A stretch of DNA of 64,000 nt from a candidate division Kazan bacterium RIFCSPHIGHO2_01_FULL_44_14 (lineage in GTDB: Bacteria > Patescibacteriota > Kazan-3B-28). The notes under the pieces were generated by a model. That model was not told the DNA's origin, did not search any database, and worked only from the letters and a program-made list of their open reading frames with translations. Position numbers and translations under genes: made by a program. The stretch spans positions 310,848 to 374,847 of the forward strand of contig METB01000001.1 of the NCBI GenBank assembly GCA_001771185.1, read 5' to 3'. Positions 29,989 through 38,988 of this stretch are shown here, piece after piece (within the stretch, counting starts at the first letter, position 1; each line of letters starts with the position of its first letter).

Positions 29989-30102
29989 TGGTAGCCCCAG
30001 CCCTCCTTTGCTCTGCTATGTAGCAGAACTTCGGATGAGCAGGCGGGAGTCCCGCCGACGTTATATTCTGCTGTACAGCAGAATATAACTTATGAGCGGA
30101 CC
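29989..30102 (-). pseudogene. tRNA-Glu 3' remnant split by two hairpin insertions
   Basis: tggtagcccca[ins]cgggagtc[ins]ggacc versus tggtagccccaacgggagtcggacc at 30182. Confidence 0.75.
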
Positions 30103-30181
30103 TTGCTCCCCCGATCCTTCGGCCGGGTCCTCTCTGTTACAACTACAAACAAAAACAAAGCCCTCTGGCTTCGTTTTCGTT

Positions 30182-30256
30182 TGGTAGCCCCAACGGGAGT
30201 CGGACCCGTCTTTTCAGATTGAAAATCTGACGTCCTAACCGATAGACGATGGGGCC
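30182..30256 (-). tRNA. tRNA-Glu(TTC)
   Basis: Anticodon arm TCAGA-TTTTCAA-TCTGA, encoded CCA. Confidence 0.93.
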
Positions 30257-30274
30257 AAGAACTACTGCGTAGTT

Positions 30275-30363
30275 AATATCCAATCACCAAATTTCAAATA
30301 ACAAAGGGGAGAGAAACAGATTCTAGGTTTTGTTTGATAATTGACTATTGGATATTGGTTATT
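30275..30363. repeat. Inverted degenerate 7-mer arrays between tRNAs
   Basis: aatatccaatcaccaaatttcaaataac ... gataattgactattggatattggttatt. Confidence 0.65.
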
Positions 30364-30378
30364 ACAGCGAAGCTGTTC

Positions 30379-30453
30379 TGGTGGGCGCAGAAGGATTCGG
30401 ACCTTCGGCCAATCGCTTAAGAGGCGACTGCTCTACCGCTGAGCTATGCGCCC
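30379..30453 (-). tRNA. tRNA-Lys(CTT)
   Basis: GTCGC-CTCTTAA-GCGAT, encoded CCA. Confidence 0.93.
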
Positions 30454-30525
30454 ACAAAAATGCTTCTTGCATTTTAATACTCAATAATCAAATTACAATA
30501 ATCAAATAATTTGTCTTTAGTGGGA

Positions 30526-30645
30526 ACCCCGAAATGGTCTAGTTCCGATGAATAGAGGAACGAACATTTTGGGGAAGAGGAGCAACGCCGAGTCCTAATA
30601 GGTCAGTGAGTTTACCGAACTGACCGTTAAGACGAGGCCGTTGCG
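30526..30645. repeat. 120-bp structured element, copy 2
   Basis: Identical to 20188-20307. Confidence 0.9.
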
Positions 30646-30651
30646 ACGAAG

Positions 30652-30727
30652 TGGCGCGCCCGAAGGGAGTCGAACCCCCGACCTTTGGAACCGGAATCCA
30701 ACGCTCTATCCACTGAGCTACGGGCGC
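30652..30727 (-). tRNA. tRNA-Arg(CCG)
   Basis: TTGGA-TTCCGGT-TCCAA, encoded CCA. Confidence 0.93.
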
Positions 30728-30749
30728 ATGTTATCTGGATTGTCTGCAG

Positions 30750-30826
30750 TGGGGTGGGCGATGGGATTTGAACCCACGGTCACTCGGACCACAACCGAGA
30801 GCTTTAACCACTAAGCTACGCCCACC
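30750..30826 (-). tRNA. tRNA-His(GTG)
   Basis: Anticodon loop TTGTGGT, G-1/C73 pair, encoded CCA. Confidence 0.92.
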
Positions 30827-30862
30827 CCACTGCAGACAACTGTTCAACAAATTATTAAAGAA

Positions 30863-31004
30863 GGGGACCCCGAAATGGTCTAATTTCGATGAATAGAGGA
30901 ATGAACATTTTGGGGAAAGGAAAAATGCTGAGCCCCAGTAACCGTTCTGCTGTACAGCAGAACGCGCGTCAGATGATGAATATCGGCCATAGACCTCGCG
31001 TTGC
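30863..31004. repeat. Diverged third copy of the 120-bp element with nested CTGCTGTACAGCAG palindrome
   Basis: ggggaccccgaaatggtctaatttcgatgaatagaggaatgaacattttgggg...cgttctgctgtacagcagaacg...cgttgc. Confidence 0.8.
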
Positions 31005-31016
31005 CTTGGCGAAGTG

Positions 31017-31092
31017 TGGCGGCCCCGGGAGGAATCGAACCCCCAACCTTATCGTTAGAACCGATCTGCTCTATCCGTTGAGCTACGGGGCC
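31017..31092 (-). tRNA. tRNA-Arg(TCT)
   Basis: Acceptor GGCCCCG/CGGGGCC, anticodon TCT, encoded CCA. Confidence 0.9.
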
Positions 31093-31200
31093 ATCTGGTC
31101 AGACATCAGGCAAGGTACATCATAAATCTAGCATAAGCAATAACAAAAAGCTCCGCTTCCAAAATGCAGAGCTGAATCAATTGGGATAAATTAACTTAAT

Positions 31201-31596
31201 TTAGCAAAGAGGGGAATGGATTTGTTGACGCTTCAGAGCTGACTGGATTTCGCCCTTAGTCATGACAAAGAACTGAAAGAAACCTAATTGGGGAACAGTC
31301 AACCCTCGAAAAACTTTTTTTGATTCACGCTCTACCCGCGGTTCTTGCCAGTTGGGATAAATCTCATGCATCAGTTCATGAACAAGAGTAATCACCCGAT
31401 CGTTTATCCCAATCCGCCGATTAATAAAAATTTTTAACTCATCTGGCACAATATAGCCCTTGGCAGCTCTGTGTCTAGTGCCTCGTTTACCAGTCCCGCC
31501 ATTTTGAGGGACACTAGTTAAAATCACCTCATAACCAGAGTAGAGGAGGGTGTTCTTTAGTTTAAGGAACCAATTGTTTGTTTTTGTTTTTGCCAC
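31201..31596 (-). CDS. Small HExxH-motif (zincin-like) hypothetical protein
   Basis: IFIN...TLVHELMHE; TTGACA-17-TATAAT promoter at 31669-31641. Confidence 0.7.
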   Translation of the reverse strand: MAKTKTNNWFLKLKNTLLYSGYEVILTSVPQNGGTGKRGTRHRAAKGYIVPDELKIFINRRIGINDRVITLVHELMHEIYPNWQEPRVERESKKVFRGLTVPQLGFFQFFVMTKGEIQSALKRQQIHSPLC

Positions 31597-31846
31597 TGAT
31601 TTTCAATTGTCATCCCAACGCTTTTATAGCACTTCTAATAATTATAGCATAAAACTCCCTAACTGTCAAGTAGTAAAGAGTGGCTCCTGGACAATAAAAC
31701 TCTAATCAAAACAACAGATCAAACTGCTGTCTGTGATTTTGAGAGTGGCCCATGCTTCGCCCTGTGGGCTACCGCAGGGCAGTCTTCGCTTTCCATCTTA
31801 AAATCTTCCCTGGCGTAGCCAGGCGTAGCTTCAACGAAGCGAAGCC

Positions 31847-31920
31847 TGGAGCGGGGTACCGGATTCGAACCGGCGTCCTTGCCTTGGAAGGGCAATATAC
31901 TACCATTGTACTAACCCCGC
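31847..31920 (-). tRNA. tRNA-Gly(TCC)
   Basis: TTGCC-CTTCCAA-GGCAA, encoded CCA. Confidence 0.93.
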
Positions 31921-32051
31921 CTGCGTTGTCACACAACTTCGGCGGACAGGCCCGCAGAAATAAAGTAGCTTATCTATACACTCCCACATCATAAACAAAA
32001 CCCCCGTCTAGGGAAACCCAAGATAGGGGATTTTAGTTTTTGAAACTGGTC

Positions 32052-32324
32052 CTACTTAATTAGTGCTCGTAACTCTTTACCCGCCTTGAAGTGAGGAACC
32101 CGTGTGGCAGGGATGCGAATTGCTTGACCGTTTTGCGGGTTCACCCCATTGCGAGCGGCACGAGAACTAACCGAGAATGTTCCAAAACCGGTGATGGTTA
32201 CCTTCTTGTCATTTGTCAGATTCTTCTTAACCGAATCCACAAACAAGTCGATGGCTTTTGTCGCCGATTTCTTCGAGAGATTGGCTTTTTGGGCAATCAA
32301 CTCGATAAGTTCTGATTTGTTCAT
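32052..32324 (-). CDS. hup: DNA-binding protein HU
   Basis: MNKSELI, GFGTF, RNGVNPQNG, P.FKAGK.L. Confidence 0.96.
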   Translation of the reverse strand: MNKSELIELIAQKANLSKKSATKAIDLFVDSVKKNLTNDKKVTITGFGTFSVSSRAARNGVNPQNGQAIRIPATRVPHFKAGKELRALIK

Positions 32325-32401
32325 CTCACCTCCCTAAAACTATGCTATATAAATCCTAAGTCCATAGTATAGACCTCCTCCACACTAGTCAAGATTTGTC
32401 T

Positions 32402-32845
32402 TTATGGCAATGGGTTTTTGGAATTATCACCCAAATCCCTCCCCGGATGGGATGGCTGGTGGGAAAGCCACCCTTCCAAGATTAACTGGGCCGAAACAGC
32501 ATCAATGTCACCCTTGCGATAGGCCGTTCCGCGAAGGCGGGTTGCGGCTAGTTTTGATGTCATTCGTTCATCTTCAAAAATCAATTCAACCTCCGGCAAA
32601 TGACAACGAATCCGTTCAGACAAATTTTGAACTTGTTTGGTCTGAGCGGAAGGTTGGCCGGTAATGTGAGTCGGCCAGCCAATCACAATCGTTTGTACAT
32701 TATGTTCGCGTTGAAGTTTAGTTAACTCATTCAAAAATGCCCGATTATTGGACAAGGTAACTAGCGGCCTGGCCGTTCTGGTATCTAAATCGGCCACCGC
32801 CACCCCAATGCGCCGATCGCCTAAATCAAGACCTAGCACTATCAT
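32402..32845 (-). CDS. ruvX: Holliday junction resolvase-like / pre-16S rRNA nuclease RuvX (YqgF)
   Basis: LGLDLG.RRIGVA, DERMTS, IDAVSA..IL. Confidence 0.93.
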   Translation of the reverse strand: MIVLGLDLGDRRIGVAVADLDTRTARPLVTLSNNRAFLNELTKLQREHNVQTIVIGWPTHITGQPSAQTKQVQNLSERIRCHLPEVELIFEDERMTSKLAATRLRGTAYRKGDIDAVSAQLILEGWLSHQPSHPGRDLGDNSKNPLP

Positions 32846-34461
32846 TATTCACCTAAATAAATCACTTGCACTCGGATATTGTTAGGGAGCAAGGGGGTAT
32901 GTGTCAAGAAAGTAGGCCACATTTCAATTGAACCCGAAGTTATTTCGGTCATGCCTTGCAATAATTTTTGGCCGTCCGCTAATGACTTATTAGCCAGTTG
33001 GACTGCCAACGCGTCAGTATCTAACTGGGGTCCAATCCGACCATCAAGTTTGACGATTAAATTAATCCGATGATTTAAGAAATTACTTTCCACCACACTA
33101 ATTTCGGCTCTCTCCACAGTTTGCTTGGTCACCTGTTTGCCCTCCGGCACTTCAAAGGCAGCCGATGCGACCACGGCCTTAGTCAAATCTCCTTGATTAA
33201 TCGCAATCGCCCAACTGCGGGAACGCACTCGAACTTCAAATTGGTCCCGCTTAGCTCCCGGACTAGCACTAGGAACTGCATCAATGATGTCATTCTGCAA
33301 AAGTGACGACGATAATTCTTCACCGCGTTTCAACTGTTCGCGAAGTTCGGTTTCGGCAGCCGCAAAAATATCTTTGGCAGCGGCCTCTTTCCCTTTTTCA
33401 ATATCTTCTTCGGATACTACTTTAGTAATTTCATCGGTTCCGCCAGTAAAAGCCCCTGCGACTTCGCCTACAACCGCCGTCTTGCCGGCCTCACCTAATC
33501 CCGGGACTGTCAGTTTAGTCCCTTGAGTCACATTATATTTTGTCCCGCCCCCATCAGCAGTCGCATCGACGGCTGCTCGTCCCGGAGAACCGCTTCTGAT
33601 CGGCGGGACCAACACTTCACCATTCAAACGAAACACCAATCCATTGGCGGATTGGAATCTGGTGTTGACCAACAGACCTTGGATTGTAGTAGTGTAATTT
33701 AACACTGTGATTTTACCGGTGGCTTTTTTACCATTGTTTTCTTCACCGGTCGCATTAAAAGTACTAACATTCTCCCGACTGACTTCCACAAATCGCCCAG
33801 TCAAAATATTCGGACCAGCGGCCCGACGATCCTGGACATCCGCCAAGACCAAAGTAAATTGTTTTTGAAAAACTTCTGATTGGACCTCCAGAGCCACATA
33901 GGCCTTGGGCGCTACAAAGACCGCTACGCTCCCGAGAATTACCAATCCAACCAATACGAATCCCAATGTTACTCGGTGATGCCGTTCCCATTTTAATTGA
34001 CGCAAAGTCAGATGAGGCAAACGCATGGCCGGCAACTTCCATCGGATTAGTTGAGACGAGCGGCGCGAACGCGCAAAAGATTGTCGGAGAGGGATATCAC
34101 CAACTCCATCACTTTCGTTATTTTCGTCATCCACGGCTGCTTCAGTTAGAACCGCTACTGGTTCAGTTGACATGCTGGTTTCTGCCCGTTTCGGAGGTTT
34201 AGTGTCCTTCAACTGGTCCATCACTTTGAAACCAGCATCGACAGCAAAATTGCGTCCAACTTCATCCTGCGTTACAATGCTGACTTGTTTTTCAAACAGA
34301 TCAGCTTGAGTTTTGAGAATTTTTAAATTAATCGTACTTTGTAACATCAAAGCCCGGCGGGGAATTACCATAGTAATCTCGCTTTGTTTGGCTCGCCGTA
34401 ACCGGTTGGTTGCCTCGGCGATGTCGTCACCTAATTCTAAATAAATTAGTTGGTCGGCCAT
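32845..34461 (-). CDS. Membrane protein with baseplate-J-like extracellular region
   Basis: N-terminal IYL...DDI domain, one TM, KATG.I...N, A...G..YN, GG.D motifs. Confidence 0.65.
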   Translation of the reverse strand: MADQLIYLELGDDIAEATNRLRRAKQSEITMVIPRRALMLQSTINLKILKTQADLFEKQVSIVTQDEVGRNFAVDAGFKVMDQLKDTKPPKRAETSMSTEPVAVLTEAAVDDENNESDGVGDIPLRQSFARSRRSSQLIRWKLPAMRLPHLTLRQLKWERHHRVTLGFVLVGLVILGSVAVFVAPKAYVALEVQSEVFQKQFTLVLADVQDRRAAGPNILTGRFVEVSRENVSTFNATGEENNGKKATGKITVLNYTTTIQGLLVNTRFQSANGLVFRLNGEVLVPPIRSGSPGRAAVDATADGGGTKYNVTQGTKLTVPGLGEAGKTAVVGEVAGAFTGGTDEITKVVSEEDIEKGKEAAAKDIFAAAETELREQLKRGEELSSSLLQNDIIDAVPSASPGAKRDQFEVRVRSRSWAIAINQGDLTKAVVASAAFEVPEGKQVTKQTVERAEISVVESNFLNHRINLIVKLDGRIGPQLDTDALAVQLANKSLADGQKLLQGMTEITSGSIEMWPTFLTHTPLLPNNIRVQVIYLGE

Positions 34462-34467
34462 CTTTAG

Positions 34468-34582
34468 TTAAATTACAATTTCCAAATTACAAATTACAAA
34501 TAATCATTAAATATCAATTTTAAAAACTTTGGGATTTAGGACTTGAAATATATTTGAGATTTGGAGCTTGGAGTTTGGGATT
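34468..34582. repeat. Inverted 7-mer arrays with no gene inside
   Basis: aaattacaatttccaaattacaaattac ... gatttggagcttggagtttgggattt. Confidence 0.7.
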
Positions 34583-34584
34583 TA

Positions 34585-35838
34585 TCATCGTACTTGCATT
34601 GACCGAACAATGCTTTGAAGAGTATTAGTCACCACATCGTCGGGAGCAGTTAAACCAAGAGTCAGTTTGGTTAGTGCCAACGGGGGAATATCTTGAGACA
34701 CCAATGTTGTCTCGTTTACTAATGCGACCCGAAGCAAGTCGGTGGGTTTCACCAACAATGGAAATGGTTTTTTAGCGAATGGCAAATGTTCGGCCCAGAC
34801 CTTGGTTAAAAGCACCTTTTTGATTTCCGGAAGCGGGGCTGAACCACCGGTTAGATAGATCCGAGGCGGTAATAATTTTAATTCATGGAATTCGGCTAAA
34901 GCCAATCCCACCCCCGACAGCCAGGTCTGGGCATCAACCATTAGAGCGTCACTGGCTTTCTTGGTGATTCGTTTATCAAGCCGATTGTTGGCATAATCCA
35001 ATTTCATTTTTTCTGCCCGATCCCAAGTCAGTCCTAGCTCACGCTTTAACCCGCGAGTGAAAGCATCCCCGCCAAAAGCAAAACTTTGCATTCCTTCGAC
35101 TGTCCCATTTTTTACAATCACGACATCGGTAGTCCCGCCGCCAATATCAATAAATACACCACTTTTGGCCTCGGCTTCACTATCAGGCGTCACGAAAATC
35201 TTAGATAGACCATAAGGTTGAGCCGCAATACTAGCAATCGTCAGCCCGAGTTCTTTGGCCAAGTTTTGTAAGATACCGGCATAGACCAGTGGGATATAGG
35301 CGTTAAAAATAGTTAAGGTTAACCGCTTACCCTGAAACCCCAATGGGTTTTCGACAACATAACCATCTAATTGAACGTCCACAATCCCAGCATGGATTAG
35401 TTCGATATCAGGATGATCGTCTAAAAACTTTTCACTTAAACTGGTCCGCAGTTTTTCGCTAGAGCGTTGCTGAATTTTGTAGATAATATTTTTTAGTTCG
35501 GTATGCTCAATCGGCTGTTCGGGATGAGCGCGGTCATAGTGAACCGTGGTGGTCACTCCCTCGATTAATTGACCGTTTACTCCCAAAATTACATTAGTTA
35601 ATCGCCAATCGCTTTCGCCTAAAGCATCGTCAATCGCCTGATTGCAGGCATTGGCAACGGCTGGTAAGTCCACAATCATCCCGCCGCGCATGCTATTAGC
35701 CGCTTGTTTGGCTAATCCGCGAGCAGTGATTTGCGCCTGATTATCTGACACATAAAAAATCACCGCCTTTACATACGAGGTACCAATATCCAAAACCAAG
35801 AGATACTCTGGTGCTGATTGTCTTCGCCCCCAAAACAT
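34585..35838 (-). CDS. FtsA-like actin-fold ATPase
   Basis: LDIGTSYVK, G.IVD, IDIGGGTTD, AE..K, LTGG. Confidence 0.8.
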   Translation of the reverse strand: MFWGRRQSAPEYLLVLDIGTSYVKAVIFYVSDNQAQITARGLAKQAANSMRGGMIVDLPAVANACNQAIDDALGESDWRLTNVILGVNGQLIEGVTTTVHYDRAHPEQPIEHTELKNIIYKIQQRSSEKLRTSLSEKFLDDHPDIELIHAGIVDVQLDGYVVENPLGFQGKRLTLTIFNAYIPLVYAGILQNLAKELGLTIASIAAQPYGLSKIFVTPDSEAEAKSGVFIDIGGGTTDVVIVKNGTVEGMQSFAFGGDAFTRGLKRELGLTWDRAEKMKLDYANNRLDKRITKKASDALMVDAQTWLSGVGLALAEFHELKLLPPRIYLTGGSAPLPEIKKVLLTKVWAEHLPFAKKPFPLLVKPTDLLRVALVNETTLVSQDIPPLALTKLTLGLTAPDDVVTNTLQSIVRSMQVR

Positions 35839-35931
35839 AAAAAATAGTTAATAGTGCTAAGTGATAAGTGGTGGAAAAAGATTTTTATATGTTTATTCTG
35901 CCGTCAGGCAGAGACCATAACTATTCACCGC

Positions 35932-35971
35932 AGGTCCCTCCGTAGTTCTGCTGTCTAGCAGAACGAAGGAG
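35932..35971. repeat. 40-bp CTGCTG-hairpin element (inverted copy of 2640-2679)
   Basis: 38/40 identity to the reverse complement of 2640-2679. Confidence 0.85.
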
Positions 35972-35977
35972 AACTTT

Positions 35978-37693
35978 TCACTCCAATATGGCTTTAATCC
36001 GTCTGACTCCCGCGCTGCTACTCTGCTCTTTTACGATTCTAAAAGTTCCTAACTCTTTACTGGTTTGAATATGTGGACCGCCGCAGAGTTCTTTGCTGAT
36101 AACTTCGCCCGTGGTTTCATTATATATCGTATAAACATCGACTTCGGCCGGATATTTTTCCTTGAAGAAAGCCAGCGCCCCGGCTTGGATCGCATCCGCA
36201 TACGGTAAAGTTTCTTTTTTTATCACAAAACCGGCTTGAATCTTTTGATTTACCCAATCCTCAATTCGTTTTAATTCATCTGGCTCAACTCGGCGGGGAA
36301 AAGCAAAATCGAACCGAGTCCGCTCCGAGTTAATATCCGAACCGCCTTGATGAATTTCCTCGCCCAAAATTTCCCTTAAGGCAGCGTGCAGCAAATGGGT
36401 GGCGGTATGCAGACGAGTAATGATTTGTTGGTCAGTTTCGCTTACGACCGCTCCAGCCGAGAGCCCATGTCCACCAAATTTTTCTTCTACTCCCGCCCTG
36501 GAAACGTCCTGGTGCTGGGCAAAGGCCGTTTCGAACTCGGCTTCATTAACTGGCACTTTCTCTTTTATAAAATCAATTGGCAAACCGTAACTGGCAAATA
36601 GGTTAAAGGCCTGTTGACCGGTTAATGCTTTGGGATGGGTCTGTAATAGTTTATCTAGTTCTTTAGAACCAAGTTCGAGGGTACGAATAAACTTGTCGGC
36701 CTCTTCGCGAGCAAACTGCGAGATTGCCTGATGTTCGGCTACCAGTTCGGGATAGACCGGGCCAAATAAATCAATAACCGTTTCGATTAATTCATCTAAC
36801 CTGACACCGCTACTATGAATATGCAACAGCACCCGGCGCAAAATCCGGCGGAGAATATATCCTTGCTCTTTGTTGGATGGCCGAACATAGTCAGCCAGCA
36901 AAAATACTACTCCGCGGATATGGTCGGCGACCACTCGTTGGGCCTTAACCGGTAAATTGGTGAGTTTGGCCATGATTGGCGCAAACACATCCGTCGCAAA
37001 AATAGTTTCCAACTGATTCACTGCCACCAACAGTCGTTCTAGCCCCATACCAGTATCCACGCCCTTGGTGGGGAGGGGAGTTAGCTCCTCATTGGAGTGG
37101 CAATAGAATTCATTGAATACTAAATTCCACACTTCCACTCCATCCACATAAAATTCGACTGTCGGACCGCAAGGACCCTCTGTGCCAGTCGGCCCCCAAA
37201 AATTATCAGTATCGGGTTGGGCCATAATCTTAGTTAGACCAGGCAGGGTTTCTAAAATCTGTTTAGCTTCAGTGTCTTCAGCCGTCCCAGTTCGATTACC
37301 ATTATAAAAAGTGGCGAATAGCCGGTTCTTGTCTATGTTGAGAAACTTTGGATCAGTTAAAAACTCCCAAGCATACTCAATCGCTTCTGGTTTAAAATAT
37401 CCGCCAAACGAAAAATTACCCAACATCTCAAAAAAAGTTAGGTGAGTGTCATCGCCAACTTCATCGATATCGGCGGTCCGAAAACATTTCTGAATCGAAA
37501 CTACATTTTGCGAACCAAAATCTTTTTCGGCCTCTTTTAGTCCAACAAAGTACGGTTTGAATTGCTGCATCCCGGCGGTTGTTAACAAAACCGAAGCATC
37601 GTCTTTGGGCAACAGCGAAGCCGAGAGCACTAACTTGTGTCCTTTGTTCTCGAAGAATTGGAGAAACTTTTGCCTTAACTCTAGATGATTCAT
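35978..37693 (-). CDS. alaS: Alanine--tRNA ligase (short form lacking C-Ala domain)
   Basis: TTAGMQQFK, HLTFFEMLGNFSFG, VDTGMGLERL, HTATH, ELCGGPH, GVRRI.A. Confidence 0.97.
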   Translation of the reverse strand: MNHLELRQKFLQFFENKGHKLVLSASLLPKDDASVLLTTAGMQQFKPYFVGLKEAEKDFGSQNVVSIQKCFRTADIDEVGDDTHLTFFEMLGNFSFGGYFKPEAIEYAWEFLTDPKFLNIDKNRLFATFYNGNRTGTAEDTEAKQILETLPGLTKIMAQPDTDNFWGPTGTEGPCGPTVEFYVDGVEVWNLVFNEFYCHSNEELTPLPTKGVDTGMGLERLLVAVNQLETIFATDVFAPIMAKLTNLPVKAQRVVADHIRGVVFLLADYVRPSNKEQGYILRRILRRVLLHIHSSGVRLDELIETVIDLFGPVYPELVAEHQAISQFAREEADKFIRTLELGSKELDKLLQTHPKALTGQQAFNLFASYGLPIDFIKEKVPVNEAEFETAFAQHQDVSRAGVEEKFGGHGLSAGAVVSETDQQIITRLHTATHLLHAALREILGEEIHQGGSDINSERTRFDFAFPRRVEPDELKRIEDWVNQKIQAGFVIKKETLPYADAIQAGALAFFKEKYPAEVDVYTIYNETTGEVISKELCGGPHIQTSKELGTFRIVKEQSSSAGVRRIKAILE

Positions 37694-37725
37694 TACCTAT
37701 TCAATATATATAGTTTGGGAGCATA

Positions 37726-37752
37726 AAAAAAGCCCAGTAGAGAACTGGGCTT
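37726..37752 (-). terminator. Intrinsic terminator
   Basis: aagcccagt-agaga-actgggctt with A7 tract. Confidence 0.7.
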
Positions 37753-37771
37753 AATTAAGAACGAAGTTGAA

Positions 37772-38356
37772 TCAAAGACCAAGGACGGCGAACTCAGATC
37801 TAATAACTTCTTCTTGAGGCGATGGAGCAAAAAATATGGGTGAAAGAGTGCCGAGAGGGACGGGATAGATTGTAGTGGTTAACACAATCCCGAATCCGTT
37901 CGGGCTCCCCTCTAAACCATGATACAACCCTGCACACTGATGATCATCACCAAGCCGAACGATGTTTTCGACTAATTGGTGGCTGCCATCATGCACTAGA
38001 AAATTTCCAACTGCGATATTACGCAAATCATCTAATGCCAGATCGGTTGACTGGGATCCTCCCTCCCTGACTACCTTAAGAAGTTCCGAGTAATGTTTGA
38101 ATACTCGAGGGGGGACATGATTGGATTTGGGAATGCCAATCTTAACTCGGCAGATTTGCTTGTATAACAAATGCCTCCCGTCGTCCAAGACAAACTGACT
38201 GTCGTCGATACGACCAGGGAGAGAATCTCCGAGTGGATCTTCCCCCAAACGAATCAGTACCCGTCGTCCCTGATAGTCCCTCAAAAACCACACGAGTACA
38301 TCGCCGCCCCATCGGGACAACATCATCTGGATGAACGCCGAAACATAAAATTCCAT
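37772..38356 (-). CDS. Hypothetical protein (orphan)
   Basis: 194-aa ORF, GGAGGT SD, own terminator. Confidence 0.6.
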   Translation of the reverse strand: MEFYVSAFIQMMLSRWGGDVLVWFLRDYQGRRVLIRLGEDPLGDSLPGRIDDSQFVLDDGRHLLYKQICRVKIGIPKSNHVPPRVFKHYSELLKVVREGGSQSTDLALDDLRNIAVGNFLVHDGSHQLVENIVRLGDDHQCAGLYHGLEGSPNGFGIVLTTTIYPVPLGTLSPIFFAPSPQEEVIRSEFAVLGL

Positions 38357-38450
38357 CCGAACCTCCCAAGAAATGTAAGGTACAAAACAGTTTCCAATAT
38401 ACAGATAATTGGCCTCTTAGACAATGGTGGCCGGTCCATTTAAGAGGGGA

Positions 38451-38479
38451 TTGACACGAGGAGAGTTTTGTGATATAAT
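38451..38479 (+). promoter_or_regulatory. Consensus sigma70 promoter
   Basis: TTGACA-17-TATAAT with extended TG. Confidence 0.85.
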
Positions 38480-38511
38480 GAAACAATCAGTTAGAAAAAT
38501 AAAAAACAACT

Positions 38512-38952
38512 ATGACAACCGAGAGTCTCCAGCCCGAGAGCAACGAGAATCAAAACGAGATGCAAAAAATTGCCGGCGAGGCACACCAGACCACAGAAGA
38601 TGTGTTCAAATTTTTGGCTGAGCAGATTAATCAAGTATCTGATTCGGAAATCAGAGAAGATGTCGCAAACAACATAGGGCAGTGGAATAGTGGCGCCAGG
38701 GAAACCTTTGGACTAATGCTCCAAGGCCTACAAGAACTTAGAAGTAACCCTGACCGATGGGAACAGGCCCAAGAAAGAGCCCTCCAGAACAAAGAAGTCA
38801 TTTTACAAAACCAGCAATTAGTTCCATTGGCACTTTTAACCAGCCAGATGAAAGATTCCAAGCGCGCTAGTCAATATTTCCAGCGAGCGATGAAAGATTT
38901 GGGAATACCGGCCGGTGTAATTTTCCGTGGCCAATTAAAAGAAGATAAATAA
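38512..38952 (+). CDS. Hypothetical helical protein
   Basis: 146-aa ORF behind a consensus promoter. Confidence 0.65.
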   Translation: MTTESLQPESNENQNEMQKIAGEAHQTTEDVFKFLAEQINQVSDSEIREDVANNIGQWNSGARETFGLMLQGLQELRSNPDRWEQAQERALQNKEVILQNQQLVPLALLTSQMKDSKRASQYFQRAMKDLGIPAGVIFRGQLKEDK

Positions 38953-38988
38953 CTATCTAATTAAATGTGGAAATCCCGCCAACAGATG

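Noticed and set aside
30889-31125. 78-aa ORF
   Set aside because: Made of repeat sequence and the antisense of tRNA-Arg
31752-31994. 80-aa ORF
   Set aside because: Antisense to tRNA-Gly and its flanking palindromes
32845-34461. Prophage, suggested by baseplate-J-like similarity
   Set aside because: Isolated membrane protein among housekeeping genes; no other phage genes or integrase
35978-37693. Truncated alaS pseudogene
   Set aside because: Catalytic and editing motifs are complete; it ends right after GVRRI.A, as in naturally short AlaRS
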